From NCBI GenBank assembly GCA_965220545.1, contig CBDCQF010000009.1:148660-212659 (forward strand): DNA of 64,000 nucleotides, given 5' to 3'. The position numbers were made by a program, and so were the translations under genes. The stretch comes from Dehalococcoidia bacterium. Lineage in GTDB: Bacteria > Chloroflexota > Dehalococcoidia > Lucifugimonadales > QGNO01. Positions 1 through 7,202 of this stretch are shown piece after piece (position 1 is the stretch's first letter; each line of letters opens with the position of its first letter). The notes below the pieces were generated by a model. That model saw only the letters and a list, made by a program, of their open reading frames with translations. It had not been told where the DNA came from and ran no database searches.

Positions 1-1528
1 CTCCTTCCAAGAACCAAGTCGGACCCTTCAATTCATCGGCGAAGTAGTAGTGAGCTGTTTCATGGGGCACACTTGGCACATGCGTCCCTCCGAGTCCGTC
101 GTCGAAGCGTGTTAATCTCATGTGCGTTGTCACATAGATACCCCCATAGTTGCCCTGCGTCAGGTAACTTTCGTCTAGTACAGATAGGATGATATCAGTC
201 GTGGGGAACGGCATTCTGAGGAACTCTTCCGAGATGCGTGCGGTGTCTTCGATAGCCGTCAGCAGGTCTTCGTCCAGTGGGAAAGGGCTCGTTGAAATAA
301 CCCAGATATTTGTCTCTCCAGCCAGCGGCAGAGAGACTGTTCTGGTTTGCGAATAGTGAGCCCTGAGCAGGTCCGGATAGAGTGATTCATCGTAAACATA
401 AGCACCTCTCAGGGTAACCACCAAGGCGGCTTCTGCTTCGCTTAGACCGTCAGTAAACCAGGGCTGGCTGGTCAGTTGACTGAAGGCGTTGGGCCCGCTA
501 ATGTTGGCGATGTTAACCAGAGACCATCGAAGAAACTGATTTAGATCCCGGTCCCAACGACCTTCTACCCAAGGTAGGGTCAGCACTTCATTTGTAAGTT
601 CCAGTACCTCATTCGCCAGGTCGAGGTCGTCGCGGGCGAGTGGGTTCAGATCATTCAACGTGTTCCACTCATGTAACGTCAAGCCATCGAGGAACCAAGG
701 CACAGACATCACTGCCCTCGCAAACTCCAGATCCTTGGATGCGATGCCAGCTAAGATTTGGAGAGGCGAGGCCTCAGTCTCCGTTAGACCGTCGACCACC
801 CAGGGCAGAGATGTCACTGTCCTCGCCAGCTCTAGGTCCTCGGTTGCCATGTCACGTAGAGCCCAAAGTGCCTTCCACTCGTCCCGTGTTACATCATCGG
901 CTAACCAAGGAAAGGCGGTTGCTGTAATTGCCAACGAGAGGTCTGTCTGCGCGATGTCGTGCAGAAACCAAAGGGCGTGAAAATCATCGTCGTTAGCACC
1001 GTCTGCAAGCCAAGGGAACCTAGCAATAGTCTCGCCCAGATCGGAGTCACGCAGCCAGATGTCCATAAGAAACTGCGTGGCTCCCCCGGAAGAGTTGTCA
1101 GGAGGATTCCCGAACCAAGGAATGATCCCGGACAAGCGAGTGGCAGCGAGCTCTCCGGCTGTGGGAGTAGGTGTGGGAATGGGCGTCGCTGTTGGCTCAG
1201 CGGTAGGCGTGGCGGTCGGAGGTGGTGGGGGAGTCGGTGTAGACGTGGGCGTCGCCGTCGGTTCAGCGGTAGGTGTGGGTACAGGGGTGGGAGTCGATGT
1301 GGGTACAGGTATAGGCGTGGCAGTTGGCTCGGGCATTGCTGCGGGTTTCTGAGTTGGGGTTGGGCTGGGTATAGCGGCGGTCGCAGTTGGCGGCGCGTCT
1401 GTGGGCCGGCTCTCCTCCGGGTCGCAGGCGACAGCGACAAGCATCAACGGCACTATCGACATTGCTGCGGCAGCGGTTCCAATGCGCCTTTTCCAACCCT
1501 TTGCCACAGACCTCGCGCGGATTCGCAT
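1..1528 (-). CDS. Partial lipoprotein (C-terminus outside the window): signal peptide with lipobox, Pro/Thr-rich linker, tandem PW-x-DG repeats, HExxH zincin-like region
   Basis: Absent from the ORF track because it runs off the window edge. My translation of the minus strand from ATG 1528-1526 (GAGGAG just upstream) stays open down to base 2. It reads [35 protein letters not shown] (lipobox LVAVAC), then a ~90-aa P/T-rich linker, then seven ~35-aa repeats, then [10 protein letters not shown] (HExxH encoded at nt 50-64). Confidence 0.6.
   Translation of the reverse strand, partial: MRIRARSVAKGWKRRIGTAAAAMSIVPLMLVAVACDPEESRPTDAPPTATAAIPSPTPTQKPAAMPEPTATPIPVPTSTPTPVPTPTAEPTATPTSTPTPPPPPTATPTAEPTATPIPTPTPTAGELAATRLSGIIPWFGNPPDNSSGGATQFLMDIWLRDSDLGETIARFPWLADGANDDDFHALWFLHDIAQTDLSLAITATAFPWLADDVTRDEWKALWALRDMATEDLELARTVTSLPWVVDGLTETEASPLQILAGIASKDLEFARAVMSVPWFLDGLTLHEWNTLNDLNPLARDDLDLANEVLELTNEVLTLPWVEGRWDRDLNQFLRWSLVNIANISGPNAFSQLTSQPWFTDGLSEAEAALVVTLRGAYVYDESLYPDLLRAHYSQTRTVSLPLAGETNIWVISTSPFPLDEDLLTAIEDTARISEEFLRMPFPTTDIILSVLDESYLTQGNYGGIYVTTHMRLTRFDDGLGGTHVPSVPHETAHYYFADELKGPTWFLEG
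413..1123 (-). repeat. Seven tandem ~35-aa (105-nt) coding repeats with a conserved P-W-x-x-D-G core inside the lipoprotein gene
   Basis: The PW dipeptides end at residues 138, 173, 208, 243, 278, 320 and 357. The first four intervals are exactly 35 aa. The period is also visible in the DNA as a recurring aaccaagg / cccaggg motif about every 105 nt. Confidence 0.7.
1157..1423 (-). repeat. Low-complexity Pro/Thr(/Ala/Glu)-rich linker coding region
   Basis: Residues 36-124 read [16 protein letters not shown]...[38 protein letters not shown]. The PTAEPTATP unit recurs, matching a DNA direct repeat near 1181-1212 and 1245-1276. Confidence 0.75.
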
Positions 1529-1545
1529 AGGTCTCCTCAAGGAAA

Positions 1546-1620
1546 TGGTACCCCTGGGCGGACTCGAACCGCCGCACCTGGCTCCGGAGGCCAGCGCTCT
1601 ATCCACTGAGCTACAGGGGC
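1546..1620 (-). tRNA. tRNA-Arg (anticodon CCG)
   Basis: The reverse complement folds as a cloverleaf: acceptor GCCCCTG/CAGGGGT, D arm GCTCAGTGGATAGAGC, anticodon arm CTGGC-CTCCGGA-GCCAG, T arm GGCGG-TTCGAGT-CCGCC. CCA is encoded. Confidence 0.85.
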
Positions 1621-1680
1621 AACAAAGGTTCAATATAGCAACGGGTGATCACAAATTTCAAGCAATCACCACATTTGAGC

Positions 1681-2913
1681 CTATATCTGCCTCACTACAC
1701 GCACTTTGCGGACTCTACGGCCACTGGTGGATACAACCAGGAAGTCCAGTCCTTGCAAGCTAACCACGTCTCCGGTAACCGGTATCTTGCCCAGCTGAGC
1801 CGAGAGGAGACCTCCCAAAGTATCGAACCCCTCGCCTTCCAAGGAGGTCTGGAATATCTCGTTTATTTCGTCCAGGGTCACGCGTCCGTCGATTTCCGCC
1901 TCATTCTCTCCGTGACGAACTATCTCAGGCTCTTCCTGGGTAAATTCGTCTTCTATCTCACCAACTATCTCTTCAAGAAGGTCTTCCATGGTGATGAGGC
2001 CTTCAGTGCCGCCGTACTCATCGACTACTATTGCCACGGTGGCGCGTCTATCCTGCATTTCACGCAACAATTGGTCCAATGGCTTGGAGTCCGGTATGAA
2101 GAGCGCCGGGCGTACAATGCCCTCAAGGTTGGGCACTTCCTCTCCGGCGCTGGTCTTCTGCAAAACGTCACGGGCGTGCACTATGCCAACCACGTCGTCG
2201 ATACTATCCCGGTAGACAAGTATGCGACTGTGGCCGACCTGACCCATCAGAGCCGCAACCTCATCCAGCGACGTGTTCACCTCGGCGGCGTCAACATCCA
2301 CCCTGGGAACCATTACTTCCCTTGCCGCCATGTGCTCAAGGTGGAGGATAGCCTGGATCATGCGTCTTTCTTCAGGGTCTGCTTCACGGACCTCTTCTTC
2401 TACCTGAGCGTTGTTTCCCACCGATCCCTGGGGCAAGCCGTTACCGTTTGAAGACCCGCCATTGCCCTCAATACGTGCTCTAAACCAGGCTAATGGAGTA
2501 AACAGCCAGAGAAGCGTTCTCAGGGGAAGGGATAAGACGGCAGCCGTCTGAGTCGCGTATCTTCTCCCTACCTTGTAGCTAGCTGCTTGGAGGAGATAAA
2601 GAAACAACAGCCCGGCAATAACAAGGCCCATGGTTTCAAGCCATGAGCCGTTCAATGCGTTGAAGGCCAGGACAGCCAGCGAAACGCCGATCAAGGTTAT
2701 GGCAACCAGCTTCACGGCGACAAGCATCTGTAAGGCGCTGGTGGAACGAGATGATATCCACTCAATAGATGAGGAAGCGGCATGCGACTCAAGACGAGAG
2801 GTATCGCCGGACTGGCAAAGCTTACGGATTGCAGCTTCTGCTAGTGAAGCGGCAACAAATAAGAGGTTGGAAAGAATCAAGATGAGAATTGATAATGAAC
2901 TGTCACTATCCAA
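1681..2913 (-). CDS. Hemolysin-family / CNNM-type membrane protein (DUF21 + CBS pair + CorC_HlyC C-terminal domain)
   Basis: 410-aa ORF. N-terminal transmembrane region, then VMVPRVDVDA...SRILVY (CBS pair), then a C-terminal TLGGLL...GKIP...G...F.V......R.V.KVRV pattern typical of CorC/TlyC proteins. Confidence 0.85.
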   Translation of the reverse strand: MDSDSSLSILILILSNLLFVAASLAEAAIRKLCQSGDTSRLESHAASSSIEWISSRSTSALQMLVAVKLVAITLIGVSLAVLAFNALNGSWLETMGLVIAGLLFLYLLQAASYKVGRRYATQTAAVLSLPLRTLLWLFTPLAWFRARIEGNGGSSNGNGLPQGSVGNNAQVEEEVREADPEERRMIQAILHLEHMAAREVMVPRVDVDAAEVNTSLDEVAALMGQVGHSRILVYRDSIDDVVGIVHARDVLQKTSAGEEVPNLEGIVRPALFIPDSKPLDQLLREMQDRRATVAIVVDEYGGTEGLITMEDLLEEIVGEIEDEFTQEEPEIVRHGENEAEIDGRVTLDEINEIFQTSLEGEGFDTLGGLLSAQLGKIPVTGDVVSLQGLDFLVVSTSGRRVRKVRVVRQI

Positions 2914-2942
2914 GCGTCTATCACATCCTTCACTGGCCTGCC

Positions 2943-4334
2943 CTAGGCAGGCGGTCTTTTGGATTTTGATCTAGCTGCCAGTCTTATCCTAGCAGGAACA
3001 CCTACCGCCAAGCTATCCGCGGGAACATCCCTGGTAACCACGGAACCTGCGGCAGTAGAGGCGCGAGTCCCCACTCTCAGAGGCGCCACCAGCATTGTAT
3101 CGCTGCCTATGAAAGCTCCATCTTCAATGACTGTTCTATGTTTCTTCTCGCCATCGAAGTTGCAGGTGACGGCCCCCGCCCCTATGTTCACGTTGCTGCC
3201 CACGTCCGCATCACCAACGTAGCTGAAGTGGCCCATAGCCGTATCGTGACCAATGCGGCTGTTCTTTACCTCGGCGTAGTTGCCTATGTGGACATTCCGC
3301 TCCAGGAACGTAGCCGGTCTGAGATGACTGAACGGCCCAACATGAACGGAGGATTCAAGGTGAGCGCCCTCCAGCAGGGAGGAAATCACCTTGCAATCGT
3401 CCCCTATAACCGAATCGACCACGGTGGAGTTGGGGCCCAACTCGCATCCATTGCCCACGCGACTGGCGCCCTTTATGGCGGTGTTGGGTTGGATAACGGT
3501 ATCGCTTCCGATCTCTACAGAGGCGTCTATATACGCGGTTTGCGGGTCCACTACGGTTACGCCCTCCAACATCCACTTATCCAGGATGCGACGGCGCATG
3601 ACCTGCTCGGCCTGGGCCAGATCCAAGCGAGTGTTGACGCCCAATATCTCAGTCTCGTCATAAGAAGTGAGGCTGTCCACCAGCAGCCCGGATGAAGCGG
3701 CCAGCTTCACCAAATCGGTCAGGTAATACTCACCTGAGGCGGAAGGAGCCAGCTCTCGTAGCGCGGGCCAGAGCCATTCTGAGGTGAACGCATATACTCC
3801 CGCATTGATCTCGCGGATAGAGCTTTGGCAGTCATCCGCATCTACATCCTCTACGAGGTCGACAACGGTGCCGTCCCCGTTCCGGATGATCCTTCCCAAT
3901 CCCTGTGGAGAATCGAGAAAAGCGGTCAAGAGTGTGATAGCTGCTCTGGATGATTCGTGCCTTCGCATCAGTTGGGAGAGCGTAGCAGAGAGCAGAAGAG
4001 GAGTATCGCCGTAGGCAACCAGGACGTTAGTTGCCCTACCACCCAGTACGGGTTCGCTCTGCAAGACGGCATGACCCGTGCCGTTTGCTTGATGCTGCTC
4101 CACACTAGCTATAGAGGCGTCTATTCGGCCGTTTATTTCCTCGGAATTCGGGGGTACTACAACGGCCAGCCGGCCATGGATGGCCTCTGTGACGGCATGG
4201 ATTACGTGGAGAAGCATGGGCTTGCCGCAGACAGGATGAAGCACTTTAGGCAACTGCGACTTCATCCTGGAACCCTTGCCCGCTGCAAGGATGACGGCTG
4301 CCCAGTTCTGGTTTTCTTCAGGCAATATACTCAA
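2943..4334 (-). CDS. glmU: Bifunctional UDP-N-acetylglucosamine pyrophosphorylase / glucosamine-1-phosphate N-acetyltransferase
   Basis: 463 aa. N-terminal AAVILAAGKGSRMKS nucleotidyltransferase motif. The C-terminal half is left-handed beta-helix hexapeptide repeats (IG.D..I..N..I...). The TTG start has no obvious SD, so the start is uncertain by a few codons. Confidence 0.9.
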   Translation of the reverse strand: MSILPEENQNWAAVILAAGKGSRMKSQLPKVLHPVCGKPMLLHVIHAVTEAIHGRLAVVVPPNSEEINGRIDASIASVEQHQANGTGHAVLQSEPVLGGRATNVLVAYGDTPLLLSATLSQLMRRHESSRAAITLLTAFLDSPQGLGRIIRNGDGTVVDLVEDVDADDCQSSIREINAGVYAFTSEWLWPALRELAPSASGEYYLTDLVKLAASSGLLVDSLTSYDETEILGVNTRLDLAQAEQVMRRRILDKWMLEGVTVVDPQTAYIDASVEIGSDTVIQPNTAIKGASRVGNGCELGPNSTVVDSVIGDDCKVISSLLEGAHLESSVHVGPFSHLRPATFLERNVHIGNYAEVKNSRIGHDTAMGHFSYVGDADVGSNVNIGAGAVTCNFDGEKKHRTVIEDGAFIGSDTMLVAPLRVGTRASTAAGSVVTRDVPADSLAVGVPARIRLAARSKSKRPPA

Positions 4335-4336
4335 CG

Positions 4337-4377
4337 AAAAAGCCTATCTTCTCCCACGTTCGCGGGGACAGATAGGC
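4337..4377 (-). terminator. Intrinsic-terminator-like hairpin plus U-run immediately upstream of the glmU start
   Basis: The minus strand reads GCCTATCT-gtccccgcgaacgtgggaga-AGATAGGC-TTTTT. There is an 8-bp outer stem plus an inner UCCC/GGGA pairing, followed by five T that run into the TTG start of glmU. Confidence 0.4.
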
Positions 4378-4433
4378 GGTTGTCTCCTAGCTAATCACAT
4401 TACATTTTGGGGGTGCTCGCTTGCCCCAAGGAC

Positions 4434-4462
4434 ATGCTAAGGCGCGGAACCACGCCTGTCAA
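4434..4462 (-). promoter_or_regulatory. Candidate sigma70-type promoter for the glmU leader
   Basis: The minus strand reads TTGACA (plus 4457-4462), a 17-nt spacer, then TAGCAT (plus 4434-4439). It lies about 100 nt upstream of the glmU start. Confidence 0.3.
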
Positions 4463-4551
4463 GTTTGGCGGCGCATAGGGGCAGACGGGCACAGCGACGG
4501 GTAAGAAGCAAGCGAATACCCGTACGCCCATGCTATAATTACCACTTGCCT

Positions 4552-4637
4552 GGAGAGGTGGCCGAGTGGTTGAAGGCGCCGCTCTCGAAAAGCGGTAACT
4601 CCTATGGGGTTCGCGGGTTCGAATCCCGCCCTCTCCG
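4552..4637 (+). tRNA. tRNA-Ser (anticodon CGA)
   Basis: 86 nt. Acceptor GGAGAGG/CCTCTCC, anticodon arm CCGCT-CTCGAAA-AGCGG, long variable arm, T arm GCGGG-TTCGAAT-CCCGC. A TATAAT hexamer lies at 4534-4539 upstream. Confidence 0.85.
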
Positions 4638-4659
4638 CATGCGGATCATGTATATCGTT

Positions 4660-4751
<92 letters not shown>

Positions 4752-4844
4752 CAATAATCCGCATTTAGGCACGACACAGCGCTATTCCAAGTTCGTTACC
4801 ACTCTGCAATCACTAGCAGAAGTGGACCAGCGGAGCCAGCAGCA

Positions 4845-5780
4845 TTGGTGAATAAACACATCCGCGCCGTTTCGGTTATTGGCGCCGGTCTCATGGGACA
4901 CGGCATCGCCATCGAGTTTGCACTTGCGGGCTACGACGTTCGGCTTCATTCCCGTTCCGAACAGAGTCTTGACCGAGCGAGGGGAATGATTGGGGAGAGC
5001 CTACAACGCCTGCGCGAACTCGGCAGCGTCTCGGGCGAACAGGCGGAGTCGGCGCCAGCACGCATTAGAATGAGTACCGACTTGACGGAGATGGTGAAGG
5101 ACGTCGATTTGGTGATCGAGTCGATATACGAGGATATGGACGCCAAGACCGAGATCTTCCGTCAACTTGACGAGCTATGCCCTGACCGGACCATTCTGGC
5201 CAGCAACACGTCCAGCCTGTTGCCCAGCAGGCTCGCCGCCGCGACGACGCGGCCGGACAAGGTCATCAATGTCCACTTCCTCAATCCAGCTCTATTCGTG
5301 CCGCTCGTAGAAGTGATCCCGACGGCGCAGACCTCTGAAGAGACTACAAGCGTTGTTATGGAACTGTTGACCTCTATAGGCAAGCAGCCGCTCTTGGTGA
5401 AGCGCGAGACACCGGGGTTCGTTGTGAACCGTCTGCAGATGGCTCTTCTCCGAGAAGCCCTATGGCTGGTGGAGAATGGGGTCGCGTCGGCGGAAGACGT
5501 CGATAAAGCCGTAAGCGCCGGACTCGGGCGACGCTGGGCGACCACAGGGGTGATCCAAGTCCTGGAAGCCGCAGGCTGGGACATCATATCGCGCGTCGCG
5601 TCGGACGTGTTCCCTCAACTCTCCAACTCCGATGACCCTTCCCTGCTGCACGACATGGTAGAGCGAGGACACAACGGCCTTAAGGCGGGTAAGGGCTTTT
5701 ATGAGTGGACGCCGGAGAAGGCCGAAGAATTGCGAAGGCGCATTGCCAAAGGGCTGGTGGAGATAGACAAATTGGGTTGA
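4845..5780 (+). CDS. 3-hydroxyacyl-CoA (3-hydroxybutyryl-CoA) dehydrogenase family protein
   Basis: 311 aa. N-terminal Rossmann motif VSVIGAGLMGHGIA, then NTSSL and the FLNPA..VPLVEVI and PGFVVNRL motifs of the 3HCDH family. TTG start. Confidence 0.85.
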   Translation: MVNKHIRAVSVIGAGLMGHGIAIEFALAGYDVRLHSRSEQSLDRARGMIGESLQRLRELGSVSGEQAESAPARIRMSTDLTEMVKDVDLVIESIYEDMDAKTEIFRQLDELCPDRTILASNTSSLLPSRLAAATTRPDKVINVHFLNPALFVPLVEVIPTAQTSEETTSVVMELLTSIGKQPLLVKRETPGFVVNRLQMALLREALWLVENGVASAEDVDKAVSAGLGRRWATTGVIQVLEAAGWDIISRVASDVFPQLSNSDDPSLLHDMVERGHNGLKAGKGFYEWTPEKAEELRRRIAKGLVEIDKLG

Positions 5781-5877
5781 CCGCAGAGTTGCCATGCTTC
5801 CTATCAGCTGATCGATATCCCCTACCGTATCCACAGCGCTCCGGTGGATCCATGATCAGACCGGGACGGAGCCTCAG

Positions 5878-6084
5878 CTAGCCAAGCTCACCGATAACCG
5901 TCAGGCTGACAACCCCTGCCACGGCAACAAGGACATAGATGATTCGCGATATTACATTGACATCGCCAAACTTCATACCGCCAGCTATCAAGGCTACAAG
6001 ATCGAACTTGAACAGGCCCACAAGCCCCCAGTTCAACGCCCCGACCGCAGCAAGGACTATTGCAATGATCTGTACAATTTCCAT
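5878..6084 (-). CDS. DUF378-family small membrane protein
   Basis: 68 aa with two transmembrane helices. The GALNWGLVG...FDLVA pattern is characteristic of DUF378. Confidence 0.7.
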   Translation of the reverse strand: MEIVQIIAIVLAAVGALNWGLVGLFKFDLVALIAGGMKFGDVNVISRIIYVLVAVAGVVSLTVIGELG

Positions 6085-6133
6085 AGTTGTCCCCTAACGG
6101 CTATTGTTATGATGCATAATAATAACGTATACT

Positions 6134-6155
6134 AGATATAGTGTCTACTATATCT
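6134..6155. promoter_or_regulatory. Perfect 9-bp inverted repeat (candidate operator) in the divergent DUF378 / B12-regulator intergenic region
   Basis: AGATATAGT-gtct-ACTATATCT. It lies 38 nt upstream of the regulator start codon (6193) and 50 nt upstream of the DUF378 start (6084). Confidence 0.35.
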
Positions 6156-6192
6156 CACATCTTAGACGAGAATTACCTTCCAGTGAACTCAG

Positions 6193-7095
6193 ATGGATAG
6201 AGAGGCCGTCCTTGCGGAAGCCAGGGAGCAGTACGACCAGGCTTTGATCTCCGGTGAACTCGGTTTGGCGCATACAGTCATAGAAAAGGCTCTGAGCCGG
6301 GGCTCCGAACGAGCCGATATCTATCTGGAAGTCCTGGCGCCTTCGCAGGCCAGACTCGGTGAACTTTGGTGTGAGGGTGTGATCAATATCGCTCAAGAAC
6401 ACCTGGCCACGGCGATCACCCTAGATGTAATGGACTCTCTCCGACGAGAAATGAAGTCGCAGACGGGTCTAGGCACAAGGGCCGTGGTGACGCCAGTGGA
6501 AGGAGACCCACACTGGATTGGCTCTCGAATGATTGCCGATTTTCTAGTGATGGACGGTTGGGAAGTCGATTTCCTGTGGATAGCTACACCTGCCAAGGAC
6601 CTAGCCGAATATGTTCAGCAGCGAAACGTCGACCTCATTGCCCTCTCTTCAACACAGCCTGAATTCCTACCCAACGCCAGGGCCGTCGTCGACGCTATTC
6701 GCGAACTGAACCCGCCCGCTCCCAAGATACTGCTTGGCGGAAGAGCGCTCCATGGGACGAACCAAGACGTAAAGGGCCTGGGATGCGACGCCATCGCTGG
6801 CAATGCCCTTGAGGCAGTGACTGAAGCACGTCGGCTCGTTGGCCTCACCAAAGAGAAACTATCGCTCGAAGAGCAACTGGCCCTAATGGGACGCCGGATC
6901 AACCGGACGCGGGCCAGCCTAAGTATGACACAGCAAGAGTTGGCGGAAGCATCAGGGTTAGACCGTACATACATCAGCCTGGTGGAGCATGGCAAGCAGA
7001 ATCTCACGATTGGAGCGGCACTGAAGATAGCTCACGCTCTGGACGTGCCAATTGGCGGTCTCCTGGCGCCCTCTTCTTCGGTTGCGCACAAGTAA
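6193..7095 (+). CDS. Cobalamin-binding (CarH-like sensor module) transcriptional regulator with a C-terminal XRE-type HTH
   Basis: 300 aa. Residues 59-70 read W-CEGVINIAQ-EH (Wx9EH). Residues 105-110 read DPHWIG (DxHxxG). LLGGRAL follows. The C-terminus LSMTQQELAEASGLDRTYISLVEHGKQNLTIGAALKIAHAL is a Cro/C1 (XRE) helix-turn-helix. Confidence 0.7.
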   Translation: MDREAVLAEAREQYDQALISGELGLAHTVIEKALSRGSERADIYLEVLAPSQARLGELWCEGVINIAQEHLATAITLDVMDSLRREMKSQTGLGTRAVVTPVEGDPHWIGSRMIADFLVMDGWEVDFLWIATPAKDLAEYVQQRNVDLIALSSTQPEFLPNARAVVDAIRELNPPAPKILLGGRALHGTNQDVKGLGCDAIAGNALEAVTEARRLVGLTKEKLSLEEQLALMGRRINRTRASLSMTQQELAEASGLDRTYISLVEHGKQNLTIGAALKIAHALDVPIGGLLAPSSSVAHK

Positions 7096-7202
7096 TGGGG
7101 TGTACACTAGGATTAAGAGTTACGGCCCTGCGATCCCTTCGCAGTGGGGGGTTCTAGCAAAACGGGCAGCAATTTCACTGCAACGGAACACTGGAGGATT
7201 GC

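Noticed and set aside
640-1763. Track ORFs in the first 1.8 kb (640-927, 660-980, 901-1440, 959-1609, 1059-1352, 1263-1577, 1401-1763)
   Set aside because: All are alternative frames of the edge-truncated minus-strand lipoprotein gene or of the tRNA-Arg. Only the frame from ATG 1528 gives a signal peptide, lipobox, periodic repeats and HExxH.
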